Positions 12,727 to 24,130 of a stretch of DNA of 64,000 nt are shown here, piece after piece. The stretch is from Okamejei kenojei (Eukaryota): assembly GCA_035221665.1 (NCBI GenBank), contig JAVHYY010000086.1:310001-374000 (forward strand), given 5' to 3'. Every line of letters begins with the position of its first letter. Position 1 is the stretch's first letter. The translations under genes and the position numbers were made by a program. The notes under the pieces are model-generated. The model saw only the letters and a program-made list of their open reading frames with translations. It was not told where the DNA came from and made no database searches.

Positions 12727-15700
12727 CTGTGAAACAAAGAGAATACGATGGAGTTATTCATCATTATTCCGGCCGCGTCGCCAGTTTATAGGAACGTAGA
12801 AACGAAATTCAGTCCTGGTGAAATGTACTGTGATTGGAAATAATACTCGCGAGGCTTTTTGCTCTCCCCGTCTCTTTTTCAGCTTCTTCTACCCCTACAA
12901 TCAGATGAAAGATGAGTCCTGACACGAAACATTCGCTTCTCCACGTCTTTCAGAGACGCTGCCTGACCCGTTTGTCAGTTAAAATGAGCACACCGAATGG
13001 AAACGTTGCCACATAGCTTATCTTAGTTTTGTTTGGTTTTAAATGTTTATGGTTTAGAAGGGAAGAAATTTTAAAAAAAAGCATATATATAATTCAAATT
13101 GGGGAAATGCATGCATTCGAAAGCAAACAGTGGAACCTGACCAATGACAAACATGAATAAAATTATCTGCTGATAATAGGCCTGCCAAATAGTTACCTAA
13201 ATTTGCTATGACCTATCGAGGCACAAGATAAAAACTTAGGCAAACTTCATTCTTACAATGTATTCTCCGATAGTTAAACAGGGTTCTGATACAAAATTGA
13301 ACCAGGCCGAGGAGAGTGGAGGTGGCATTCCGTCGCGTTCCCAAGATCTCGCAAACAGCACCGAACATTGAAGCGTTCTCCATTGCCATCCTGACACTTT
13401 TCTATTTGCACTTTCTCTGACTATAACTGACTTGTTTTAAAAGTGTGAAGAAGGTTTTCGACCGGAAACGTCACATATTCCCTATCTCAAGAGATGCTGG
13501 CTGACCGGCTTACTTACTCCAGCTTTTTGTGCAAGTCATTGGTGTAAACCAGCATCTGCAGTTCCTCTCCACAGACATGCGAGGTCTGATACAGCAAATT
13601 CGGTAAAGCACGAAGACTGCATACCGCTGGCGGCAACGATTCCATTCAAATAAGTGCATATTGCAATGCCTGCCTTTGTTACCAACAGAACGAATCGAAC
13701 GGATGTCAATCTGAAAACTGAATCGTATAATTTAATGCCTTCTCCGTATTGAGATACTAGATTGTACCAATTAAAATGTCAAAGCGAGCAAAGATTAGGG
13801 AATCTAGGCGTCTATTACAAAGTAAAGCAGGTGAAAGGAAAAGTAACTTTCAAATTAACAAAGCGTTTCGCTGTACGTGACAATAAATAAACTTATCTAA
13901 CCGTTCTAACGAGGGAACCTGTAACTGGATGTAACACGGTTTAACTTTGATTTCCGCCATTCGTTTACTGGGAAGTTTTACCTGGCAAGACAAACGCCGC
14001 AAGAGTAATGTAATAAAAGGCAAAGACTGGTCAATTTCCAGGCGCGTGCATTTTCTTTGGAAAGACGTGCTGATAATGAATAACTATGGAAATACTTATC
14101 TTGTAGTTTTATTTATACCCGGATCTCAACGGCTGTAGTAACTTACATCATCAGAATTATTAATTAACATTTTCTGAATAAACAAAATAAATCCTTTCAC
14201 GCACGTGCGACTTAATCCATCAACGATTAAAAACGTAACACGGCTCTCATTTGTGATGGAAATCAAGTTTTGGATAAGGTAAAAATATTGTCCCTTGTGA
14301 GATAAGAGCTTAAGGTTCTTCTCTCTTAACTAATTGCTAAATAGAACGCTATCAAAGGAGATTGACAAAATATATTTCATGAAGAGCAAAACTGAAGAAA
14401 TTGAGATTAAATTAGAAACCGGAGAGTATGAAATGTTGGCAAAGGGACAGAATATTTGTTCTCCGGATATGCGGAGATCCATGCAGAAATGATTGGTTTT
14501 GTTAGAATAAATCAACGTCTTAGACTTAGAGGACTGAAACACAATGTATAGACTTACAGAAAACATGGCATATGTGTGGTTTTGTCAAGAATAGTAGTAG
14601 GCCTAAGTTGATTTACAACGTTTTGAAGTTGTTAGGCAGAAAGCGGCTTAGAAGGGATTCTCAGGGATTGGTTATTTTGCATTATGTTATGTGGAAAGAA
14701 CACATTCATAAATAACGCAGAGGGCGGCGCCGTTTAAAGCATCTTATCGTGGTGCATCGCACCCTGATTTGGGAGCAGCTTCAACCAAGCAGACCATCAC
14801 TAAATCGGCCTCTCTTCCATTTACACTTCGGGAGACGCCGGCAAGGACCAAGGACACAATCAAGGACCAATCTCACCCCGGTCACTTCTCTTTCTTCCCA
14901 CTTTGATCACGCATGAAGTACATCAGTTTAAAACGCATACATCCAGATTCAGAGACATATTCATCCTAGCTGTTATTAGGGCAACTGGGCAATTCTGTCA
15001 GCTGGACTACGGTTCTGACCTCCCATCTGCTTAGAAGGAGACAACTGCACTATATTTAATTGTAATCTCTCGGGTCATGTTGGGTAGGCTGGTTTAATAT
15101 CCTTGGAATGCAGCAGGACGAGAGGTGAATTTTTCGAGGTGTATCAAATCATGATACAAAATTATCGGGCCGATGTATAAAGTCTCTTGCCCAGACTAGG
15201 TGAATCGAGGAACAGAGGACATATGTTTAAGCGCTATGTTTAAAGCCTCACGAGCTAAGCTGACAGCGCTCTGTTTAAAACTTTGCACGCCAAGTCTCTA
15301 GCACAGTGTGTATTACCTTGGCGCGACAAGTCTGTTGCTGATAGCGATTTGTTTCCAAAGGAGGAGTCTGCTCGGATGTAGTCCCCTGTCATTGGTTGTA
15401 ATTTACATTTTGGAGCAGCGCTATCGGCCAGGACCTACCGGCGGTTATTTCAACGTCTGATTTCTGCCTGTATGAAGGCAGGCGCCGGTAAGCTATAAGG
15501 TGATTCTTGACGACAAGGGTTGACCGACGGGCTGGGTTGCGATCAGCGCCGCGGACGGAAGCAGATAGAGAGAGAGGTGTGCTGCTGTAAGACGGTTTTA
15601 GTTATCTCTCTTACCAATTAAACTGATTTATCACGTAACGGCGAATGTGCCTTTTTTTCTGTTCTACTAGTCAGATCCTTGAACCTGTTCCATTGTAACA

Positions 15701-16954
15701 GAGGGTAGTTGAGGCTGGGACATTGCGAATATTTATGAAACACTTAGACTGGTATATGGACAGGACAGATTTGGATTGAGATATAAACTAAATGCGGGCA
15801 GGTGGTACTCGTGTAGCTGGGACATGTTTGGACCTCCTGCCCTTAGTGGGCAAGAAGGCCCGAAAGGCCTCTTTCCTCGCTGTTTCACTCTGTGACTCGT
15901 TGACTCTCACTCTATCGCAATACATGTTTTGCTTCCGCACTTGTTTTGCGGTCCGCTGAGTTCTTCGCACGCCCTGATTGTGAGCTTTTATAGAAGGTTA
16001 GGCATTGTCGTTACCTACAGTATCTTATATCGGACATATTCTCTCCCCGAATGTTTTTAAATGCCATTTACGCGTTATAATGGATCATGTTTTGGTGACT
16101 GTTGAAAAATATCCCTTATCTATTCACTTCAACTTAAGCTTTCTCCTCACAAATATTATTGCTGTTCATTACCATTTACTTCAGCGCTTCGTGTACCAGT
16201 TAACAAAAACTTACATATCATCAATTTACTTTGCCACGTTCGCGCTTCTCTATCATTAAACGTATGGCTATAAATCATCGAATGAGATTGAGGATTCAGT
16301 GCGATTGATTCATTCGAAGATACAGCAAGGTAACGCGCACTTCGGCCCACCGAGTCAATGCCGGCCACCGAATGCACGTTCACACTGCTTCCATGCTCTT
16401 CTACGTTGGTGTCCACTCCAGCGCATAAAGAGCAATTTACAGATGCCAATTAACCTACAAACCCGTACGTCTTTGGGATCTGGGAAGAAACCGGAGAACC
16501 GGAAGGAAACCACGTGGTAACAGGCAGAATGTGCAAACTCCGCACGGCCAGGGCCTCATATCAGGCTGTAACATGGGGTCTCTGGTGCTGCGAGACAGAA
16601 AATCCCACTCCTTATGTCCAGAGATGCTGCCTGTCCCGCTGAGCGATTCCAGCAGTCTACCTTCGATTTAAACTAGTATCTGAACTTCATTTTCCTACAC
16701 AACTCAATAGCTATGTCATTACTTCCATTCACAGGCCCACACAGCTCAGTAGGGTGGCCCTTCTCCAATCCGTTTCATGTTGTGACCGCCCCGCCCAACT
16801 CGGGTTTTGTTCGTTCGCATTGGCAGAATTGCTTGCATTCATCTTTGCGAGCCAGCTGCAGCCGGTCGCTGGTTGGGTTAGCTGGTTCTACAGTTAGCAT
16901 ATTTGACCCGACAGTGTGTTTCAATGACTGTTTACTTACAGAATCGTGCCCATT

Positions 16955-17430
16955 ATGTGTGAACACCGCCTCCCGATCTTCGTTATCATGTCACTTCTCA
17001 GTAAGGATTTTCATCCAGTAAAAATCCTATCTTCCCACGAATGTTGTCACCGGATTTCTGCCGATGTAAAGATAATGCTGATGCCGCTTCAATCATATGA
17101 TTCTGACAATTTATATTTTCTCTTAGACTGGAGCCATCAATATACGGTGGAACAGACCGAAGCAGAAACCACGTTTGCAGAGGGAACGGATGTAACACTC
17201 AAGTGCCTATTGAAAACCAGCGATACACTCCCATATGTTTACTGGTACAAACAATGCCTTGGACATTCTCCGCAGTACCTGATTCAGGTTATTGGAAATA
17301 ACGTATACAGGGCGAAGGGCATCACAGATCGATACTCTGCTACATTCAATAAAACTGCCAAGATGGGCGAGTTCGTGATACGTGACGGCGTGTTCTCCGA
17401 TTCCGCTCTGTACATATGTGCCATGCGATA
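16955..17430 (+). CDS. Intact TCR V gene segment V3 (TCR alpha-like): leader exon 16955-17000, intron 17001-17126, V exon 17127-17430
   Basis: MCEHRLPIFVIMSLL|NWSHQYTVEQTEAETTFAEGTDVTLKCLLKTSDTLPYVYWYKQCLGHSPQYLIQVIG..DRYSATFNKTAKMGEFVIRDGVFSDSALYICAMRY. GTAAGG donor, TTTTCTCTTAG acceptor, phase 1; canonical Cys, Trp, Cys present. Confidence 0.92.
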
Positions 17431-17469
17431 CACACTGGTGCAAAGGTGCAGCGGCTTCGAACAAAATCC
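17431..17469 (+). promoter_or_regulatory. 23-RSS of V3
   Basis: CACACTG (17431-17437), 23-nt spacer, ACAAAATCC (17461-17469). Confidence 0.92.
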
Positions 17470-17491
17470 CACCTTCGGCGTTCATCATTAT

Positions 17492-17510
17492 CGATCGCCA
17501 GAGGGCGCTC
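17492..17510 (+). promoter_or_regulatory. Putative RSS-proximal CTCF-binding site
   Basis: CGATCGCCAGAGGGCGCTC (core CGCCAGAGGGCGC), 22 nt after the V3 nonamer. Confidence 0.65.
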
Positions 17511-18673
17511 TTAGTCATCAAACAGAAAGGCTGCCAGAATAAAGATGCTTTTAGACTTTAGATTTTAGACCTTAGAGATACTACGCGGCAATGGGCCCTT
17601 AAGACCACCGATTACCCGCGGACCAACTCTCATCCCAAACAGTAGCACTATTCTACGCGCCAGGGACAATTACAACTACTTGGACTTAACAATGGCGCTA
17701 CTTATACGACTGCTTTACACTTGGACTATATTTGAGATGGTTATCTGATATGTATCTAAGTGTTTATGCATATTGATACGTGTATTGAACTGCATATGAA
17801 AATAAATTTCACTGTACCTCGGTACATGTAACAAATACATACCATACCATTCCAATTTACAATGTTTAGCGAAGCCAATTAATCTACAACCCTGTACGTT
17901 GTTTGTGTGTGGGGGTAAGCAGAGCACCCGGTGAAAACCGACACAATCACAGGTATATATACAAACCCCTTACCCCCAGAATGGGATTGCTTTCAACATG
18001 TGAATTTGTGCGAATGCTGTTGCGCCCAATGTTCAAGATCTTGATATTTCGATGTGGAAGTGCACCAACTGACTAGAAAATATGTTTGCATTGACATTGG
18101 TTCAGTTGCTGATCTATGTAAAGACCTTTATAGTTCCCACGGACTCTTGTATATTTCGAAACCCGCCTGCATGAAGAGTGGAAGTAAGTCCTTCAGTGAG
18201 CAGGGACATCATGAGAGGTATAATGTATTTTGATCAACACATTGTGCCAGGAATAACGTTGAAGGATAAGACCAATCGCGAACTAACGACGGCAGCAAAC
18301 GCAATTCACCAGAGTTCTATCTCAATTACACGGCTGACGGCTTCTGCTGACGCCTTCAAGACAATCCATAAGAGAACATGATCAACGGTAATGCAGGCCA
18401 CCGCGGCAGATGCAATGTATCATCAATAAGGATGGGGAAAGAGCTATTTAATATTTGTTTATTTTGTATTATGGTGGTGGGTTATTTGTATTTTCGTGTG
18501 TATTTTTATAAATGGTTATTAAAATTATTTTTGTCAATAAATACAAACACCACGGTTTTTATGTCGAAACTGCAAATTTAGATGCATTCTCTCAGAAATT
18601 GAGGAGGAAACATTGAGCTGGATGCGATTTGGCCAATGACACCATTTGGGCAATGACTTCTGCGCTCACGCAA

Positions 18674-18832
18674 NNNNNNNNNNNNNNNNNNNNNNNNNNN
18701 NNNNNNNNNNNNNNNNNNNNNNNNNNNNNNNNNNNNNNNNNNNNNNNNNNNNNNNNNNNNNNNNNNNNNNNNNNNNNNNNNNNNNNNNNNNNNNNNNNNN
18801 NNNNNNNNNNNNNNNNNNNNNNNNNNNNNNNN
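18674..18832. other. Assembly gap
   Basis: Run of N. Confidence 1.
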
Positions 18833-18944
18833 TTGAAATGAGTCAGAAACTCGTTGCGTCAAAGCCACATAAAGGTGTTGATTAAATGCTCCTATAACCA
18901 ACCACGCTCATATTTGTCGACACTATGAACAGAGAAAGTCGTTA

Positions 18945-20505
18945 AAGAAGGAACTGCAGATGCTGGAGAATCGAGGGTACACAAAAGGCTGGAGAAACGC
19001 AACTGGTGCAGCAGCATCTAAGGAGCCAAGGAGATAGGCGACGTTTCGGGTCGAGACCCTTCTTCAGACTGGTTAGGGATCAGGGAAACGAGAGATATAG
19101 ACGGTGATGTGGAGAGATAAAGAACAATGAATGAAAGCTATGCAAAAAAGTATCGATGATAAAGGAAACATGCCATTGTAAACTGTTTGTAGTGTGAAAA
19201 TGAGAAGCCAGTGCGATAGGGAGAGGGAATGCCAGGGCCAGCGGTCTGAGAGAGAGGTGGGAAGGGGAAGGGACAGCAAGGGTTAACAGAATTGCGAAAA
19301 TCCAATGTTCAAGCACAGAGGATGCAGACTCCCTAAGCGGAATATGAGGTGCTGTTCCTCCAACTTGCGGTGTTGCTCACTCTGGCCGCGGAGGAGGCCC
19401 AGGACCGAGAGGTCGGATACGGAATGGGAGGGGGAGTTGAAGTGTGAGCCACCGGGAGGTCGGGTTGGTTATTGCGGACCGAGCGGAGGTGTTCGGCGAA
19501 ACGATCGCCAAGCCTCCGCCTGGTCTCACCGATATAGATCAGCTGGCGTCTGGAGCAGCGGATGCAGTAGATGAGGTTGGAGGAGGTGCAGGTGAACCTC
19601 TGTCGGACCTGGAAGGACTGCTTGGGTCCCTGAAACGAGTGGAGGGGGTGGTGAAGGGAAAGTGTAGGATCTCTTGAGGTTGCAAGGGAAAGTGCCCGGG
19701 GAAGGGGTGGAGCGGGAGGGGAAGGGAAGAATTGACAAGAAAGTTGTGGAGGGAGCGGTCTTTGCGGAAGACAGTCAGGGGAAGAGACGGGAAGATGTGG
19801 CGAGTGGAGGGGTAATGTTGGAGGTGGCGAAACTGGCGGAGGAGTATGTGTTGTATGTGCGGGCTGGTGGGTGAAAGGTGAGGACCAGGGGGACACTGCC
19901 CTTGTTGCGAGTGGGATAATGGGGAGATAGGGCAGTGTTGCGGGGTATGGAGGAGACCCTGGTGCGTGCCTCATCTATATGGGAGGGGAACCCCCGTTCT
20001 CTGAAGAATGAGGCCATGTGTTATGACCTGGTGTGGAACACCTCATCCTGGGAGCAGATGCGGCGTAGATGGAGAAATTGGGAATAGGGGATGAAGTCCT
20101 TACAGGAAGCAGGGTGGGAGGAAGAGTAGTCCAGGTAGCTGTGCGAGTCAGTTGGTTTGTAGTGGACGTCCATCAGGAATGTATCACCTGCTATAGAGAT
20201 GGTGAGGTCAAGGAATGGTAGGGAAATGTCGGAAATGGTCCAAGTGTATTTGAGTGCCGGATGGAAGTTGGTGGTGAAATGGATGAAGTCAGTCAGTTGT
20301 GTGTGGGTGCAGGAGGTGACACCAAAGCAATCGGCGATGTAACGGAGGTAGAGGTCGAGGATGGGTCCCTGGTATGCCGAGGACAAGGATTGTTCGACGT
20401 AGTCGACAAAGAGGCAAACGTAGCTGGGGCCCATGCGTGTGCCCATAGCTACGCCTTGTGTTTGGAGGAAATGGGAGGAGTCAAATGGGAGGAGGAAATG
20501 GGAGT
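18945..20505 (-). mobile_element. Penelope-like retroelement (RT + GIY-YIG endonuclease, 3' terminal repeat), degenerate
   Basis: RT: FLQTQGVAMGTRMGPSY, YLRYIADC, LPFLDL. GIY-YIG: FTCTSSNLIYCIRCS..IYIGETRRRLGDRFAEHLRSV. Confidence 0.92.
19040..19067 (-). ncRNA. Minimal type I hammerhead ribozyme motif in the Penelope terminal repeat
   Basis: Minus strand reads CTGAAGA-A-GGGT(CTCG)ACCC-GAAAC-GTC: both catalytic boxes, stem II and a palindromic minimal stem III with GUC cleavage triplet. Stem I is weak. Confidence 0.65.
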
Positions 20506-20509
20506 TGGT

Positions 20510-21030
20510 CCTTACCCTCAATAACTTCTCGTAGAAAAAACCTGTTTTTATGTCTTGCTGTGGCAGCATTGACAGTCCGTAGTCGCCTTCCAGAGAAAAG
20601 CGATTCGAATAGGTTGTGGGCAGGGTGAGAGGGGTCAGAGATTATCTTAAACGCTCGTTTCCCTGTCCTTGCAGTGCACATTTAGTCAATGGAAGGAAGG
20701 TTGCTGCCAATAGCCTTGTCAGCTGATCGGACGATTCGCTGTGGCTTCCTTGGTGGCTGATCCAAAGCAGGCTAGGATGGAGAAGGTGAGGACAGACTCT
20801 ACGATGGCCGTATAGAATTGGACCATCATTGCCTATGGGAGATCGTGCTTCGTCAGCTGCTGCAGGAAGTACATCATGTGCTGTGCATTTTTGACTGTGG
20901 AGTCGATGGTAGCCCCCCATTTAAATTCGTTGGGGATGATGGTTCTCGGGAACATAAAATACTCCACAGATGTGACTGTGGTGTTGTTGATGGCGAGTGG
21001 GGTGAGGGGAGGAAGAGCTGTCCTAAAATC
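20510..21030 (-). mobile_element. Rex1/Babar-type LINE 3' fragment
   Basis: Frame-shifted ..MYFLQQL..QFYTAIVESVLTFS.. and IISDPSHPAHNLFESLFSGRRLR..RHKNRFF motifs. Confidence 0.7.
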
Positions 21031-21216
21031 TCAATGGGCGTGAGGTATTTCGAAAGCAGTGCCGCTCTGTTAAATCAACAGCAACGATTAACGTTGCTTG
21101 TTGCAATTAAGTCGTGGAATTTCGCGGTACACATGTTAGAGTTTGCTGTTAGTTCAATAATTTGCCGGAGTGGAGATATCCTGTGGAAGCAGTGACGTTT
21201 CCACTTGCAGCAAATG

Positions 21217-22414
21217 TGGATGTGGTATATCTGGACTTCCAGAAGGCTTTCGACAAGGTCCCACATAAGAGATTAGTATACAAACTTAAAGCATACGGTA
21301 TTAGGGGTTCAGTATTGATGTGGATAGAGAACTGGCTGGCAAACAGAAGCAAAGAGTAGGAGTAAACGGGTCCTTTTCACAATGGCAGGCAGTAACTAGT
21401 GGGGTACCGCAGGGCTCAGTGCTGGGACCCCAGCTATTTACAATATATATTAATGATCTGGATGAGGGAATTGAAGGCAATATCTCCAAGTTTGCGGATG
21501 ACACTAAGCTGGGGGCAGTGTTCGCTGTGAGGAGGATGCTAGGAGACTGCAAGGTGACTTGGATAGGCTGGGTGAGTGGGCAAATGTTTGGCAGATGCAG
21601 TATAATGTGGATAAATGTGAGGTTATCCACTTTGGTGGCAAAAACAGGAAAGCAGAATATTATTTAAATGGTGGCCGATTAGGAAAAGGGGAGATGCAGC
21701 GAGACCTGGGTGTCATGGTACACCAGTCATTGAAAGTAGGCATGCAGGTGCAGCAGGCAGTGAAAAAAGCGAATGGTATGTTAGCTTTCATAGCAAAAGG
21801 ATTTGAGTACAGGAGCAGGGAGGTTCTACTTCAGTTGTACAGGTCTTGGTGAGACCACACCTGGAGTATTGCGTGCAGTTTTGGTCTCCAAATCTGAGGA
21901 AGGACATTATTGCCATAGAGGGAGTGCAGAGAAGGTTCACCAGACTGATTCCTGGATGTCAGGACTGTCTTATGAAGAAAGACTGGATAGACTTGGTTTA
22001 TACTCTCTGGAATTTAGGAGATTAAGAGGGGATCTTATAGAAACTTACAAAATTCTTAAGGGGTTGGACAGGCTAGATGCAGGAAGATTGTTCCCGATGT
22101 TGGGGAAGTCCAGGACAAGGGGTCACAGCTTAAGGATAAGGGGAAATCCTTTAAGACCGAGATGAGAAAGACTTTCTTCACACAGAGAGTGGTGAGTCTC
22201 TGGAACTCTCTGCCACAGAGGGTAGTTGAGGCCAGTTCATTGGCTATATTTAAGAGTGAGTTGGATGTGGCCCTTGTGGCTAAGGGGATCAGAGGGTATG
22301 GAGAGAAGGCAGGTACGGGATACTGAGTTGGATGATCAGCCATGATCATATTGAATGGCGGTGCAGGCTCGAAGGGCTGAATGGCCTACTCCTGCACCTA
22401 ATTTCTATGTTTCT
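21217..22414 (+). mobile_element. CR1 LINE, 5'-truncated
   Basis: [56 protein letters not shown] tail; TSD AAATG at 21212-21216 and 22415-22419. Confidence 0.93.
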
Positions 22415-22498
22415 AAATGGTTTCCGGCGCCACTACCTGCGCCACAATGATCTACATAGCTGAACATGTGCAGCAGATGTGCCTCGGAAACCTGTAGC

Positions 22499-22537
22499 AG
22501 TTATTGTACGAGTCTGCACACAGTTCCCAACACTGTG
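22499..22537 (-). promoter_or_regulatory. 23-RSS of V4
   Basis: CACAGTG (22537-22531), 23-nt spacer, ACAATAACT (22507-22499). Confidence 0.93.
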
Positions 22538-22837
22538 CGACTGCACAGTAATATATCGCCATGTCAGACAGCCGTAGCCTAGAAATAGTCATCTGATATA
22601 TTTTCGTTGACTGCTGAACTTCGTCAGAAAACCGCTCACGAGCGAAATCCGCCTTATCTTCATAACCTCCGTCAGTATATCTCCGGACCAGGAACTCCGG
22701 GTGACCGTTGGGGTACTGGCGGTACCAGAACAAGTAGTAACCATCCTTGGCAAAGGTGCAGGTTAAAATGGCGTTTTCCCCCTCTGTATGCGTAAGAGAG
22801 GTCGTCTCTTGGGTCACGGAATCAGCATCACCCCGAC
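22538..22837 (-). CDS. TCR V exon V4: open frame and canonical RSS, but no functional adjacent leader (ORF/pseudogene status uncertain)
   Basis: Acceptor ..CGCGTTCCAG ends at 22838; (G)RGDADSVTQETTSLTHTEGENAILTCTFAKDGYYLFWYRQYPNGHPEFLVRRYTDGGYEDKADFARERFSDEVQQSTKIYQMTISRLRLSDMAIYYCAV. Confidence 0.88.
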
Positions 22838-23975
22838 CTGGAACGCGTTAAGCGGAGAGTTTATTTGAGTTAAATTTTCAAAACTTAACTCAAAAGATCA
22901 GAACGAATATGTTACAGCAATAATTGTATTTACGGCAGATAAATTGCCATTACATCTCACCGACGGGCAAATTTATCGTGACGCTCACTTCCTCTTTCCT
23001 CGCCGTGCACCGACATCGATCACACACCTCTCACCCCTCGTGTTCTATTCTGGAATCTGTTTGATGTATTTATAATATTTAGCTCTATTATCCCGTGTGT
23101 GGAGCCGTTGCATCTTTCCTTGATAAATAATATTCTGTCCCTTCCTGCATGATTTACCGGCGTCCATAGAGTCAAATAGACATAAAAGAGGTCGATATGA
23201 AAGAGGTCGATATGAAATAAACCTTTCGACCCAACTCGTCCTTGACAACCAAGAAGCCCCATCTACGTTAGCCCCAGTTACCGCGAGAGGCAGACATATC
23301 TTTATATCTTGCCCTCTCTATGTACCTGTCCAAGTGTCTTTCAGATGCCCATTAAGAAACCTGCCTCAACTACCCGGCAGCTCGTTCAATATAATGAGTG
23401 ATAAAATGCCCCTCAGATTACTCGAAAATTATTTTGCTTAGATATATATCCTCTAGATCTAAATCCTATCGAACCCCTTTCTCTTGCTGAAGGAAAACGG
23501 TGCCTTCATCCTATATATTTTCCTTACAAGTTCATGCACCTCATAAGTTCACCTCTGCGCTTCAAGGATTAAAGTCCCACACTGTCCAACCGCTCCTTAT
23601 ATCTCAAGCGATGGTATCCGGGTAATTTCGTTGTAAACCATCCATACACGCTGTCAGAGAATGCGTAAACCATCTATACATGCATTCCAGCAGAATGACA
23701 CCCTTCCCATAGCATTCTTCCCAAACAGAACACGATGCATGAAATGCGGCTTAATCACCCATGATACATTTTGACGAAATTTCAATGCTACGGAGCTGCA
23801 ACTCTTCCGATGTTGATTGCATTGCTCGATCAACTATTTCTTAAACTCTTCTTTCTTACTAGAGACGCAGAATACGTGTTAGATCGTAAGTCTGGTCCAA
23901 CAAATGAGCTACAGAAGGGGAACAACGCCATCCTTCTGTAAAAACGCCACTGTTTACTAAAATGAATTTTCTTAC

Positions 23976-24021
23976 TGATAATGAATGTCGCCCACATGAC
24001 AGTATGTACCATGAAGCGCAT
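23976..24021 (-). CDS. Orphan, intact V-type leader exon
   Basis: ATG..MRFMVHTVMWATFII + A | GTAAGA. 46 nt, phase 1, hydrophobic, same length as the V3 and V6 leaders. Confidence 0.7.
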
Positions 24022-24116
24022 CTTCGATTCTCGTGGCGGCATCAACTTTGCTGTCACTCCTGAAAACCTTCAGTGCGTCAGTCAGGCAGAATTCAGCGCA
24101 CTGGTGGGAGCTAGCC

Positions 24117-24130
24117 TGACGTCACTTCCT
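24117..24130 (-). promoter_or_regulatory. ETS-CRE composite promoter element upstream of the orphan leader
   Basis: AGGAAGTGACGTCA on the minus strand, ~95 nt 5' of ATG 24021. CRE and ETS sites are typical of TCR V promoters. Confidence 0.65.

Noticed and set aside
15240-15600. CpG-rich, promoter-like patch (GGACTACA, CCAAT, CGGAAG); similar patch at 40600-40800
   Set aside because: No associated exon or ORF could be identified; short motifs alone are insufficient.
22422-22445. GC-rich GGCGCAGGTAGTGGCGCC downstream of the V4 RSS as a CTCF site
   Set aside because: Core AG/GGC spacing does not fit the motif.
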